Notes: a model not told the origin generated them from the sequence alone. 64,000 nucleotides of DNA from Camelus dromedarius (GCF_036321535.1 NC_087436.1:29266001-29330000), one strand, 5' to 3'; shown: positions 12,946 through 26,628, numbered from the stretch's first letter. Translations and numbers: made by a program.

Positions 12946-13310
12946 TTTTTAATTGAAGCATAGTGAGTATGTCAATTTCTGTTATACAACATAATATCCC
13001 AGTCGTGTGTGTGTGTGTGTATATATATATATACTCATATACTCATTATACTCATACACATATACTCATTTTCATATTCTTTTTCATTAAAGGTTATTAC
13101 AAGATATTGAATACAGCTCCCTGTGTCATACAGAATAAATTTGTTTTTTTATCTATTTTTCTATATAGTGGTTAACTTTTTTAAATCTCAGACTCCCAAA
13201 TTTACCCCTTCCCACCTCCTTTCACCCTGGTAACCATAAAATTGTTTACTCTGTCTGCGAGTCTGTTTGTTTTGTAGATGAGTTCATTAGTGTCCTTTTC
13301 TTCTTTTTTT
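12946..13310 (-). mobile_element. Lineage-specific L1 3'UTR with internal (GT)n(AT)n and atactcat repeats
   Basis: ttttaattgaagcatagt...ttttcatattctttttcattaaaggttattacaagatattgaatacagctccctgtg...ccctggtaaccataa...gagtctgttt; same layout as the 3'UTR at 4601-4930 but more diverged. Confidence 0.75.
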
Positions 13311-13364
13311 GTAAAAAATTCTTATACATGTATATTATGTGCACATTTTTAAACATTTATGCAC

Positions 13365-13406
13365 ATACACACACACACACACATATATATATATAGAGAG
13401 AGAGAG
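13365..13406. repeat. Compound microsatellite (CA)n(TA)n(GA)n
   Basis: Directly visible. Confidence 0.9.
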
Positions 13407-13439
13407 CACAAGTGAGATATTCTGGTATGTGACAAACAG

Positions 13440-13880
13440 ATACAGCACTTCTGTATGCCTGTGACATACATGCTTGACCTGACTCTAAAAATGAAGTATC
13501 AGAAGAACACAAATTACAGGACAATCTACAACATAACTGGTCTGTAGTTTATAAAAAGATAAATATTGTAAAATACAAGGACTGGAGAACTACTCTAGAT
13601 TAAAGGGGATTTAAAAAAAAAAACTCAATAATTTTCTTTAGCTCCAAATAATATTATTAGAACAGTTGGTGAAATCTTGGTTATATAAGAAAAATACCCC
13701 CCTTTTTTGAAAGAACAACATATTGAAATGTTTAGTGGTGAGGAACTTCCATGCTTATAACTTACTTTCAAAGTGTTTGAGGAAGTAAAGAGAATTAGGA
13801 AAATAAATCAAATGTGATCATACGTTACCCTGTGAAGAATAAGGATGAAGGCCACATGGGAATTATTTGTTCAGGTCTTG
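13440..13880 (+). mobile_element. L1MC4/L1MC5-like 3'UTR
   Basis: ggacaatctacaacataactggtctg, ggagaactactctagattaaagggga, attgaaatgtttagtggtga, aacttactttcaaa. Confidence 0.65.
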
Positions 13881-14103
13881 TCAAACTGCAAGAAAATAGT
13901 GTCACATTGGGGTATGAAAATTAGAAAATTATTCAGAAGAAAAGATAAATATCTGTAAATATATGTAGGCATTAACTATAAAATTAGTAATATAAAAGTC
14001 CGGAAGCAGATGAGATAAAAGACACATCTCAACAAACTTTAAAGACATATATAAAACATTCAGAATATGCTACCTGACCACAGTGGAATAAAGTTTTGAA
14101 GTA

Positions 14104-14310
14104 CAGTAGGCCCTTGTTATCTGCGGGTTCTGCATCAGCTGATTCGACAAACTGCTGGCTAAGTTGGTTGAATCTGCAGATGGGAACTCGTAGATATCTG
14201 GGGCCGAATGCGCTGTGCCGTTGTACATGAGGGACTTGAGCATCTGCGGAGTGTGGTATCAGCAGGTCTCAGGGGGAACCAAACTCCCACGGATCCGGAG
14301 AGACAACTTG
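14104..14310 (-). mobile_element. Short MER2-like TcMar-Tigger MITE with internal inverted repeat
   Basis: Flanked by TA; cagtaggccct..atctgcgggttctgcatc..gattcgacaaac, agggacttgagcatctgcgga..tggtatc, ggaaccaaactcccacggat. Confidence 0.75.
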
Positions 14311-15662
14311 TACTTGAGATGTTCCTGTGTATGTGCCAGTGATTTCTTTAAACTTGATTTAATTTCCTTTGTTTTTGGCATGGCCTAAACTAGATTGTTG
14401 AAATTTATTAAAGTGTTAAGCTATATGAATCTTCAGCATTAATAAAAATGAATACATTATCCTGCACTTTCACATTATGGACTACATTCAAGTCAAATGA
14501 AATGTTAACGTGGAATGTATATAAAATACTTTATTACAATGGTCTACTGGAGAGAAAATGTTGAACCAAATGTGATATACAGCTAATATTTCTACAGCTA
14601 CTGAACTATATTAAATAGGAGTACTGAACTATTATTGACTACTTAACTACATTAAAAATTAAATTTATTTTTTTCTGCAATTCATAACCTCCTGTAAAAT
14701 ATGTTGTGTGAAAAATTTGCTTATATTCCTGCTTTGCTTCTTAGGAATTTACAAAATAATCATTAATATTTCTTTACACTCTAAGATAGCATGTTCTTCT
14801 TATATTATAATTATAATATTTCTGTTTACTTCAAGTTTTCAACATGTTTCATTGTGACATTTATACCACATAGTAATATATAAAGTTGCTTCTTTTTCAC
14901 CTACATAATGCATTATATCCTATAATGAATACACTCATGTGATCCTTGTGGAAACTTCATTTATGTAACTTTGAACCCTATTGTGAAATAAAAAAGGTAA
15001 GAAAATAGAAAAGACATATCTCCTCCATAGTATCTTGTGTTTGAGTTCATGTGTACAGCCTTATTAATGTGACAGGCATAATGAAATTGCAAGAAAATCA
15101 AGTGCAGTCTTGAAATATATAAAAATTATGGAACACATCACCATAATGTTCAACTCCTTTGTGTATTATTATAATTCATATTGTTCTCTCCTGTGACAAG
15201 CATTATAATGAGAAGGAAAAATGCACAAAATTAATTTATTCTGAAGACAAAGATAAAAATGAGATGAGAAGAGAGAATACACTTAAAATTTCTGACTTTG
15301 TCATTGTATAAGTTGTGCAGCTTCTATACTTCATGACTTCTAACATTTTTATTGTGATATTCAACAACAGAAGAATTTGATAGGATGAAGAATTATTAGT
15401 TCTAATAGAATACATCTCAGTTATAATTCTTATTCTTTTCTACAAAATTAAGGAAATGGTTTGCAACATAATGTGATAGGTATTCATATATGTACAGTGT
15501 ACAAGTTATGGCATTTTACTCTATTTTTGGCTAATGATTTTATCTAATCTCTAAAACTGTTTATGTATCTGGAAATGCTTTGTTCCTTGATGCAGATTTT
15601 GTATACTTTTCCTGCTCTAATGGAATCAAAATTCTCTGAAAATATATATGCATATGACTAAG

Positions 15663-15876
15663 AATAATAATAGCTAACAATTTTAATGCACTAGACACTA
15701 TTTTAGTTGCTTATTTAATCCTCCAAACACCAGTCTGTAGAATGGGTATTAATTTAATCCACACTTAGTTATAGATAGTTACTTTACTCAGGCCACACAG
15801 CTGTTATGGCAGAGCTAGGGTTCAGAAGCAGAATTTAGAGTTCCAGAGCCCATGTACTTAACCACTCTACTACACT
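15663..15876 (-). mobile_element. MIR SINE
   Basis: aataatagctaaca..., cttatttaatcctc, ggccacacagct..tggcagagctagggttc, ccagagcccatgtacttaaccact. Confidence 0.75.
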
Positions 15877-16616
15877 CTTCCTAGTCAACATGACTCATGG
15901 TCATGTTTTCACAGCATTATCATATGTTGAGACCTATGATTTCCACGCTGGAGAATTTCAAAAATGTCTGCTTTCATTTTACTTAGTATATTAAGACAAG
16001 CTCTGATAACCATGGAATGAAATATCTGTTACTACACTTTCATAAAAGAAATGATGTCACAAATATTTATAGCATCCTCTAATGCCTCTTACTTGCTTTA
16101 GGGATGTTCATAAGAGAGAATTGATGCATATGTCTTTACCCTCCAAGCCTGTTAACAAAACGCAATGCTATGTAGATTTCATAACAAATATATTGCTATC
16201 AATCTTTTTTTCCCCACTGAATTCATCATTTATATGATGACTCATAGGAGTTGTCATAGGTAACACGTGAGCAAAGTGTAGTTGGGAAAAATCAAAGAGA
16301 TTGAGAGTTATGAAAGCTCATTTTAGAAGCAATGTATTAACTTGTTTGGGGATTTGTCAGAATAATATGGTAAAGGCATTCTCTAACCCAGATATAATAC
16401 CACTCTCTTTTTGTAGAGAAATTTTTCCCCGTATAATTCCTACCAATATCTGAGCCAAACAGTCTTTACAACTGGTATAGGTATATATGTGTATCTACAT
16501 AGTCAGTCTTCCGAGTCTACACATGATGTTTTCCTATTGTTATTATCTGTAGAGACTAATACCTGAATTACCACATAATTAAAACTATTTTGTATTAGTC
16601 CAACACTTACATTAAC

Positions 16617-16638
16617 ATATACATATATATATATATAT

Positions 16639-16672
<34 letters not shown>

Positions 16673-16677
16673 ATATA
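16617..16677. repeat. (TA)n microsatellite, interrupted
   Basis: Directly visible. Confidence 0.95.
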
Positions 16678-17479
16678 GACACTGGATATTTTCTAAAACA
16701 TTATGGAATAAGAAGATATTTGTTCACTGCTGTCATGCAAATAGCCAAACAGATACCAGTCTTCTGAGACCTTCAAAAATGTGCATATTGCTATTAGCAG
16801 TCTTACATTCTAATATTCATTCCAGAATCACCTCTATAAATGTACAGAAAATTATTTGATAATATTGGGAACCGAAAAAGGAAATATGTGGCTTACAATT
16901 TATCTTTTTGAGTGATTTTTTTTAAGTAAATAGATTTCACGCTATTTGGTTTGCATGCACAGCAGTATACAGGTACTTATTTATCAGAAAGGCCAAAAAA
17001 TAAAAATAAAAATAAAGACAGGAAGGAGAATTGAAAATCTATCGAGCAAACTTTAAGAATAATTTCAAGCAGAGCTTTGCCTACAAAATTTCTCATGTAT
17101 TTTCATGATCAAGCTTGAGATCTTATCAAAATAATACCATTGAGATTGAATGGGTTTAAGCATATAAGAGTGATGCTTTCCATTAGGATGTTATTATTTA
17201 TTGTTTTCAACCAAGAATATAATATTGGATACATTCATTAAATCTCAAAAATTGCCTATAGTTGCCAAGCTGAGAGATTTGAATTTGATATAATTAAAGT
17301 TAGAGAGTGTATTTAAATGTGACTTTGGTTGGAGTTTAAATCTACCTCCCTTAAACTATTTATGTTTCTTCTAACTAGGAAAGATTTAACTCTAAGCAAA
17401 TTTGTTTTAAACATTTAAAGGGATATCACTGATTTCATTGTATAATAGCAGTTGAGCTTCAAACAGCGTAAGCATGAGT

Positions 17480-17655
17480 ATCGTGTTGTGATTATGAGCA
17501 CGGGGTATTAATACAACCACAAGAATTACAATAATGACAATTCATGTAAAGTTGTCATGCCTCAGGTTCTTCATTTCTAATACATTGATAATAATACCTA
17601 CTTAGTATTTTTGTTGTGACTATTACATGAATTAGTCATTCAAAGCACTTAGGGA
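17480..17655 (+). mobile_element. MIR fragment
   Basis: tgcctcaggttcttcatttctaa..gataataatacctac..gttgtga..aaagcacttag core. Confidence 0.55.
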
Positions 17656-17728
17656 GGAATCCAACACCCAAAATTAGCAATTGAGATTCTGCCTGAGGTT
17701 TTGGAGTCTCTGTGCTATTGTAGATCCG

Positions 17729-17759
17729 TTAGCATTACCCTCTCACCAACTGAGTTAAC
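17729..17759 (-). pseudogene. tRNA-Ile(AAU)-derived fragment (MamSINE1-like head or tRNA pseudogene piece)
   Basis: 26/31 identity to the reverse complement of the recalled tRNA-Ile 5' half GTTAGCTCAGTTGGTTAGAGCGTGGTGCTAA; no B box or 3' half recognisable. Confidence 0.45.
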
Positions 17760-19140
17760 TCATGCAAACTTTTGCATATCATTTACAAGTTTTTCATCTC
17801 TAGGCCTGGAAATGGTCAAACCGAATAATATAACACATAGGGCAATAAATTTGAAGTCCAAGTCTTTGTAACTTTATACGAAAAAGCAGAATTAAAAAAA
17901 ATTAAAAATTATTAAAGTACAAATCACGTTTTGTTCAAATACTTCCTTACTGTATTTTATACTCTTTCTAATTACTGACCAATATTATATGGATATTTCT
18001 AGAAAGTGCAGAATCAATAACCTGTGTTTCCAGAATATACCATCATTTCCCTTTTTTAACCTTTGTAGAGAAGAAGTCTGTGATTCTCTGACTACACATT
18101 ACCAAGTACATCTAATCTGTCACTTTTGCTAAGACTGTGGTGTTCGCTTCACTTCGTATCACTTCAACTCGGTTCATTTATGATGCATCAGTGAGAAATG
18201 CAGTAATACAAATTCTGAAAATTAATTTTCCATGGCTCACCATAAAACATGCATTGGAAATGGCTTTAACAAAGTGGGCTAAAATTGTGACAGTAAGAAA
18301 ATACTTACTGGTATTAAATTTAAGCCAAGAATAAACACATATTCACCCATATTAAATTATTTCTAGTAATTTTAATTCAAATTATAATAATTATTCATAT
18401 AGTATGACTTTGCATTGTCATGTTTCAATTTTTATATTCTTGCAAAATTTGAAAAAACTAGGCAACACTTAGAATGTTTATTATTCAAGTTAAGTACTTT
18501 TATATACACTTATGACTAATTTTTTAAATGAAGATATTAAAGAAGTAAGTGACAGGCAAATGTATCTTCTATAAGATACTTTCTAAATTTCATACACTCA
18601 ACAATATGGAATTGTATTAACTAATTTCTGTTTTTCAAAACTATATTTAGGCTTTAAGACAAATTAACTCTCTAGAGAGATTAGAGAGAAAAAATAACAT
18701 TTGCAAAACAGCAAATATTAGGAGCTGGATAAAAGAATTAAGAATAAATCAGGTTGCATATAAGTTAGAAAAGATTATTTTTCGAAAATAAATGATCTTA
18801 AGTCATGATTACATCCTCCGGATTTTATTTTTATTTTGTGGGAGAGATAACTTTTTAAAAAATAAAGCAGACTTTCTCTAGGCAGTCCATTAGCTATCGA
18901 ACTAAAGATCCTCCCTTTGTTATTGACAGGGAATAACCTGTGATTCTTACTCTGCCAGTAAGCATGTACTCTACTAGTATTGCCCCATTAAAAGAAAATG
19001 TATACTGTAAACCAGCTTGTGAAAATTGTCCATTATTATGCAATATTGCTGGCTTCTATAATTTCATCATTAAATATTTTTAATAAAATTGCTAAATATA
19101 TTATGAGAAATAAAAGTTTTGAATAACTAGTAACCACAGG

Positions 19141-19290
19141 TCATTCATTCATTCATTCACTCATTCATGTATTTAGCAACATGTCTAATGGTATCACCAT
19201 GACCTTTTATAATTTACTAAGTTCCCGGTATACCAAGACAGACAAAGCATGCCCTTCAATAGCTTATAATCAAATAAGTCAGGTTTCTAC
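19141..19290 (-). mobile_element. L2 3' end
   Basis: (TCAT)n tail followed by gacagacaaagcatgcccttcaatagcttataatc. Confidence 0.6.
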
Positions 19291-20199
19291 AAATAATTAC
19301 AACAAATTGGTCAGAGCTAAAATATGTATATTTTGGGTGCCCTGGAAGGGCTCAGTTTAACAAATATGAGCACCAACTAAATGCCAGGATATACAAATAT
19401 GAGTTTATTCATTTACTTAGTACTCTTTGTCTCTTTCTCTTGAGGTATATATAAATATGTAGGTATAGAGAAATATATTTTATGAAATCTGGAAGTGTAA
19501 AAATATGTTCTTTTATATTTCTTTTGTGTGTTTATCTAATCTGATGTTGTTGCCTATATCCTTCATCTAGTTAGGTCTCATTTATTTAAACTGAAAAGAC
19601 AGTTTCTGTCCTTTGTGAGCCAATAGACTTCCAGGGATCCACATAAATACAGACTGACAATAAATATGTTGCTGGTAAAGCTCTTAAAAACATATACTAA
19701 GTTACTAAGCAGTGTCCTTTAAATGTCTTAGGTTCTTAAGGTATTATTTCCTTTATTTTTATAATAACCCAATTTTTTAGAAATAAGGTTAGTGTTTTCT
19801 TAGATGATAGCCATCTTTCCAAAGAGCACGTTATTGAATTCCTTTGTCAGCACTGCAAGTAACCTAATGAAAAATATTTCTAAAATGCTTTCAAAACATA
19901 TATTCTTCTTGTACTTTTAGTTTGCATCCTTTTTTTCTTCTTTGAGAACTCTGCTAGTATATCCCCCAATGTTGTTCTATGTCTGCAATCAACAAGATGC
20001 AGTATTTATCAAACAAACATTAAATGTAAAAAAATTATTAAACCAATATAGGAAACTACCTTTGAAAACTAAAAAAAAAACCAAAACATATACTAAGTTG
20101 GATTTTGTTTCAACCTGTTTATAAAGGGGAGTAAGCAGGGCTAGGCAGAAGTGTAAGTAAAAGTGTGAGAATGTTTAGTTTAAGAGTCTGGGAGATATT

Positions 20200-21332
20200 G
20201 ATATTTACCTTAACATAAAGCTCAACACAAAAGATATTTATAAGCAATGCCAGAAGTGAAGTGGGAGTCCTGGGAAAAGGGCGCTCATGTTTCTGTGATA
20301 CTAGTAACAGCAGGTAAACAGAGCAAGCGGAAGTTTAAGAAATAGGGAAAGAGACCAGATGAGCCCTTGTAGGATCAGAGGCAACGCAGGGGTTTGGAAA
20401 GACTGCAGACGTGCAGGAGCAACCAGGATTTAAAATGTTCCCCGAAGCACACACAGATCCACAAAGGGTGGAAGACTCACTGGCACTAGGGGCTTAAGCA
20501 CGACCTTGACCAAACACTAGCTGAATGACCTGATATTCTGACATGGGAAGGCTGGCTTAAAAATAAGACCACATACATCCCTGTGGTCTGTCTGGAAGGG
20601 ATGACCAAGACCGAGCCCTTTCATAGATAATCAGAGAGGAAAAAAATCCAATCTGTTAGTCCCTAGTTGAAAATTGAGAGAAAAAAATGTAACTTGAACT
20701 GATAGTCCCCTCCAGGCTATGACACTTTCAACTGTAATGGGTCAAAATCTGTCTGGTTAAAGGGGCTTAAGCAAGCAATCTTTGACCAATAAATGGCGTA
20801 TGCTGCTCCAGAGCTAAAATATAAAAACAAGAAAAACCATCTGAGGAGGTGCCTCAGAGACTTCACATTGTGGGGGAAATAGATTTCAGAGAGTTATTTC
20901 AGCCACTTCACTAAACAAATAAATGACCAGGAAAATGGCAATTTCAACATCAAACTCTGAGGAGGAAGGGGATTATGATCCCGAGTTGTTAAATACAGTT
21001 TCTAAAAGATTTAATTTTCAAGTAAAAATTATGAGACGGACAAAGAAACAGGAATGTGCGATCCACATATAGGGGGAAATGAAGGCTTATAAACACTGCT
21101 TAATGAAGCAAGCTGGATGTTAGACTTCGCAGACATAATAAATGAAAGGTTGCCCTATGTTTATGGATTAGAATAATTAATATAGTCAAAATGGCAATAA
21201 TAGCCTAAAGAATTCTGTGCAGTCACTGTCAAAATCCTAGCTGGCTTTTTTTTTCCCCCTTTTTTCAGAAATGGACAAGCTAATACTAAAATTCATACAG
21301 AAATCCAATGGACCGGAATAGTCAAAAGAATC
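20200..21332 (+). mobile_element. Old L1 (L1M4/L1MC-type 5' region joined to a short ORF2 piece)
   Basis: ttttcaagtaaaaattatgagacggacaaagaaacaggaa (start of ORF1 region, parallels 56490-56520); 21140-21330 tgtttatggattagaataattaatatagtcaaaatggcaata..gaaatggacaagctaatactaaaattcata is ORF2-like. Confidence 0.6.
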
Positions 21333-21799
21333 AGTTAAAACCAGTACTCTGAGAATTTGATTTACAAAGTTGTATATTCTCTAGTGGACAAAACTCAGTC
21401 TGTGAACAGGGATCATTTGCTTTGTTGTGGGCAGGAGAAATAACCATCCGTTTAAGTTTACTGTAACTATAACCATACAGGATTGTGAAACAGCTGAGTT
21501 ACTAGCAAATCAATCTGAAGTGCACACTTTTGTGGAATCATAATCCCTTGAGGATCTGCCAGAAAATGCCCAGCATTCTCCTCTTTTCAGAAGATTTCTT
21601 TTTCCCATTTCCAGATGTTTTTATCAAGGTATGACAAGTGATTTAAACGGGTAAACTTTGATAGGATGGATTTGCATATTACTAAGAAAGGCCTAAGGCG
21701 GAGAAAGAAAGCCACCAAAAGAAAGTGGATCTTGCCAACCCTTAGTTGGCATCATGCCAATTAAGAAGCTGTGTTATTTGTCAATATCAATTAAGAATA

Positions 21800-22111
21800 T
21801 AGTCAGCCCTTTGTCTCACCAGATTCCCTATTTGTGGATTCAATTAATAGTGATATAAATATTTGGGGACAAAAATCCAGGAAGTTTCAAAAACCAAAAC
21901 TTGAATTTGCCATGCACGGACAACTTATTTACATAACATTTACACTTCATTAGGTTTTGTAAGTAATCTAGAGATGATTTTAAAGTATTTGGGAGGGTGT
22001 GCATAGGTTATATGAGCCATTTTGTACAAGGGACTCGAGAATTCACAGATTTTGGTGTCTTGTAGGAGACCAGTACTGGAACCAATCCCCAGGGATACTG
22101 AGGGACAGCTC
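21800..22111 (-). mobile_element. MER2B-like TcMar-Tigger MITE
   Basis: aaaacttgaatttgcc, aagtaatctagagatgattttaaagtat, gtgcataggttatatg, ctggaaccaatccccagggatactgagggac. Confidence 0.85.
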
Positions 22112-23142
22112 TACTGTCTCCCTGCTACTGTATCTAAATACCCGTAGTTCAGTAGAGATGTAAAAGTGCTTGTTCTGGTAATTTCAATGGCAAATAGCAG
22201 GAGCTCACAGTGCTGTGAATATTGAGGAGTGAATATTTTGCCCTGGGAAGCAGATCCCTGAAAAGACAAAAGGACTTAGGACACTAGAGACACTCCTCTC
22301 TGGTATGAAACTGGGCATCACCAGCCTTACATTGTAATCTCAGGGGCAAAACCAGACCAGACCAAATGACTTGAATTTGGTACAAAGAGGGATGGATACC
22401 AATAGTGAGACCGCTGTGTCTGGCTAAGGCTTTAAATATAAAAAGGATAGCTAATGTAAAGACAAATATTAATGAAATATCACTGCAGTTGGTAATTAGA
22501 CATAGCAAAAATCATGAAGGTGAACTGTGATGCCTGAAACTAGGACAATGTCTGTTAGAGTAAGTTGTCTTGTCAAAGGGGGAAATGGTGGCCACATTCA
22601 AATAACTGCATATTGTACAGGGTGAAAAAAACAGTAAATGATTGTAAATTAACTCCAGGGGGGAGGATATCTGATAACCTTAATATATTTTTATTAATCT
22701 GAAAATATTTGCAAAAAAATTCCATTCCTCTACGATTTAGCCACTTTGAAAAGGTAGATATGAACCTATATCTAGAATTACTTCTGAATATTTTAAAATA
22801 ATAATTAGTTTATTTAAAGTCAATGACCCATGCTCCTGAATAAATGTATTATTTAATACTAATATTACAGATTTAGTATTTAAATGACTGAATATATAGT
22901 ATATATATTATATATGATGTATATTACAATATATATTTATAGTTTATAAACATACCTTTTATTACATAGAGAGAACAAATACTTTGCAAGCAGTATGAAT
23001 AATTTAATTCTGGTGATTTTAATATGGTTGACGATTTTGAAAAGGAGGTTATTGCTTTCAAAGTGGCCAAAAAATATTTTTTTGAAATGCAGTTTGAAAA
23101 CACTTTAAAAACAAGGAGCATATAATATGCAGCTGCTGTAAG

Positions 23143-23340
23143 CAGAGGCTGCGAACTGATGGCAGGTAAGCTGAAATCAGTTCCTAAAACAGGTTTGGTT
23201 CGTATAGATCAGAAATTTGTTGATTTTTTAAATTTTAATTATTTTAGATTATGCACACATTCCCCAATATTCTAGTATGAGTCACTTCTTATTTTCTTAA
23301 TTCTACTAAGTTTCACTCCTTTGCATTTACTTTTGAATGT
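23143..23340 (+). mobile_element. Possible hAT-Charlie MITE remnant
   Basis: cagaggctgcgaactgatggc..agctgaaatcag..aacaggtttggtt resembles MER58/MER102-group left ends; weak. Confidence 0.3.
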
Positions 23341-23617
23341 ATTGCTCAAATGGGTAGTGGGTATCTGATGTGGTGAGGCAACAACACAAGTCTGTTTTAA
23401 TATGCATAACAGTGAAAGTTCAGACATAAAAGTCTCTGGGGAAAATAGGTAATGTCATTAATGACAATCGAGTCTACTCTTTGTGGGTCTGTTTGTTAAT
23501 GACGGGAAGAACAGGAAAGTGAACTCCCTAAGGCTTACATTATCTGTCTGGTTCATTTGGCATTTTGTTCTTTAAATATTTTATTTATAAAATAAAATAA
23601 GCAAGATTAGGGAAACT

Positions 23618-23732
23618 GGGGTAAGCAACTCATCCCAGTTTGTTTGAGACTTCCCTTGTTTTAATCCTGAAAGTCCCGTATCCCCAGGAACTCCCTCAAT
23701 CCTGGGCAAAACCAGGGTGGTTGTTCACCATG
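23618..23732 (+). mobile_element. MER81 hAT-Blackjack MITE
   Basis: ggggtaagcaactcatcccagtttg..gacttccc..gttttaatcctgaaagtcccgtatcc..ccctcaatcctgggcaaaacc..tggttgttcacc is colinear with the recalled ~114-bp MER81. Confidence 0.8.
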
Positions 23733-26628
23733 AATTGGGCTATTCTGAAGGCGAGTAGATACTGTAGTGGAGTTTACTGCTGTCCTGCCCAAACTCATTT
23801 TCCTCCAAAGAACAAAGTATATAACTCTAGAAACTATGGGCAAGCACCTGTCAAGACTCAGGTAAGCATGTAGTAGTGTGATGAGATGCACACGAAATTG
23901 AAATAGAAATGTTCCTCTCCGGAGCAGTGGATCAACTTGCTTTATTATCAAATAGTCTCCATATGGTCTAATCAAATATTTTAACATTTTAATGGGAATC
24001 CATGGTCAGCATAATTTGCTCATTAAGATGATGAAAAAAATAACTGCCTAATCCATTTTTAAATTGTTGCTGCCTTGATTTTTGTGTGATGTCTTATCAC
24101 AAAGAGCAAGAGGGGAACTAAAAACCATTGAAAGTCTCAGTGAGCACTCAAGGAAAGCACGTATCATGCTTCATATCCTAGGAAACGCAAGATTTAGCTC
24201 TTCTTACTGCAGCATACCATTATCATAACATTAACATTCTAGCTGCTTGTATTTTGTTCCTTTGATACCTAAAATTAAATTCATTGTTAGTTCACTTTAA
24301 TGACTTTAGTTATGCCCCTCGTAAATAAGCACTTCTTAATGGGAATATTGCATAGATTTCTATGTAACATACAGCTCACCTAAAAGGGCAGTGCTCAGTG
24401 GCTCATATCTGGGTGATTATTTTGTCACTAATAACCTGCTTCTCTAAGGAATAAACCTGTACTTTGAACCATGATGATTCTTAAATCGAAAGTAGCAAAA
24501 CCTATGGGGAAAACGACATTTATAGTTGAAAATATTGATTTATGTATGCCAGAACTTGGTTTCAGGTGCTATTACATTTCACCTGTATGAAATAAGAAAA
24601 TGAGTTTTCATCAGTAGAACCTATTATTTGGAATAAATTGGACTTGTGGAATTAAAAGAAGATAGTAATATACCTTACACCTATACTGTGAAATTCAATC
24701 TTAGGTTACCTTCTTGAAAAGAAACTAGAAGAGGTAATTTTCTTCAACTAGTGATACCAGGCTCCATAAATAGCATGTCTTCAAACATATCACTGATAGC
24801 TATGCAATATTCATGACTATTTCTATGTCATAGTATATTTAATGAATTTCAGTTATTCCATATACATATTGCTGTCATTCAGCACACCTGGTTCTTTATT
24901 AGTTGTTTGTTTTTTGGACCAGGTATGAACTAAACACCTAGCTGTTAGGGACCAAGACCTTCGTCTGAGGCATCACAGATCATGCGTTAGCAGCTCAAGG
25001 AATACCATTCACGCATCTGAATTTAAACCTTGTTCCAGGCATGGTATTGGCAAAGAAACCATCTAATAAGGGGAAGACCATTTTACCAGGGATAATTTAA
25101 ATGTTTCAAGATCAAAGTCAGCTATAAACTATATTTAAGTTTATGTGTTACAATTAAATGTTAATTTAAGTAAGTAAAATAGAAAACTTGTTATTCAAAG
25201 TCCCCTAATGTTTTTATAGTTTGATCATAATTAACACAATATGTATGTATTTTGTGCTGAAACAGAATCATGGGTTAAGTCAGCAGCCATGTGTTTCACT
25301 TAGGGAGGTCAATTAAATTAGTAAAAAATATTTTTCATCTGTAGATGGATCTTTTAGCAAAAGATGCATGTAAACATCACCCTGAAAACAGAAGTGGATA
25401 TCAGTTAGAAGGAACTATATCATTTACACTAATTCCAACTTTTGGATTAATTACTCAATGTCTGCCTCGTTTGTGGTCAAGTAGGAATTAAAGTGTTTTT
25501 TGTTGTTGTTTTAAGTTTGTGACTTCAAAGGGCATATATTTTGTTTGGGTAACCTGTAATATATTAGTAATTTAAAACTGGTGAGGAAAGAAGGAAAGAG
25601 AATTTAAATTTATCTTTGAGCCCTTGTGAGGAACCAAAATTTTTACGTATTTTATTTAATATTCAGAGAACCCAGTAATTCAGACATAATATTTTCCCCT
25701 ATTATATGAGTGAGCATGCTCTAAAAGGGAAACTAAGATGCTAGAGATAAGATATTTTATAGAAGATAAACAGCTCAAAACATGGCTTTTCAGACACAAA
25801 GCCTTTATTTACCTTGTTAGAGCAGCAGGCGGATAGTCTTTGCTTTGTCACTATTTCGTAGGATTAATCCAGATGTATGTGTTTGAGGATGTGTCTTCTT
25901 GCAAAACTTTACAATTCTTAGAATGAAGGAGTAGAGAGGGATAATTCCAGTCATTTTTCAATGCAGAGATTTTATACCTATCAATAGCATTCATTCTACC
26001 AGACTTCTCAGATGTAATAATAGACCTCAGTCATCCAAAAGCCTTGGAGATTTCTTAAGGTTGAACTGGGAGGCACTGAAGTTCCCCTACTCTACTAGAA
26101 AACTGCCCTGTGCATTCCAAAGCAGGTGATATCATAGAATAGGATGATGTGGAAACATTTAGTAGGCAAAGGCTGTTTTTTTTTGGTATATTTTTTCCCA
26201 GAAAACATTAGGAATGTTGATACAGATTTAAAGTTATTGTGCTTATAAGATATGAACAATCACTATACAAATAAATTTAATATATTTATACCATAGAGTA
26301 GAAAACATATCCATTACTTCATAGATCATAAACTATTATTTCTGGAATGCAAGAGGAGAGAAAATTCTACCATACCTTTATCATTGTTACTCAGAAAAGC
26401 CAAACTTTTGGAGGAATTTCTATCCTCAACATTCCAGGGGGCTACAAAGCATGCAAATTTAAAGTCCCAGCAGCCCACTGCTCTTGCCTTAGCACCTTAA
26501 TTTCCATTAAAGATACTTACAAAAAGTGTCAGAGAGACTGACATTACCTTAGCTTCCTTTCTTTTCTCTGACTGAAGATAACACAATAACGTTGAACTGT
26601 AAGAGAACTATACTTTACAAAAATGAAA

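Noticed and set aside
21591..21634. 14- or 38-nt exon-like unit ending AAG|GTATGA
   Set aside because: Competing acceptors and a moderate donor; expected by chance in 64 kb
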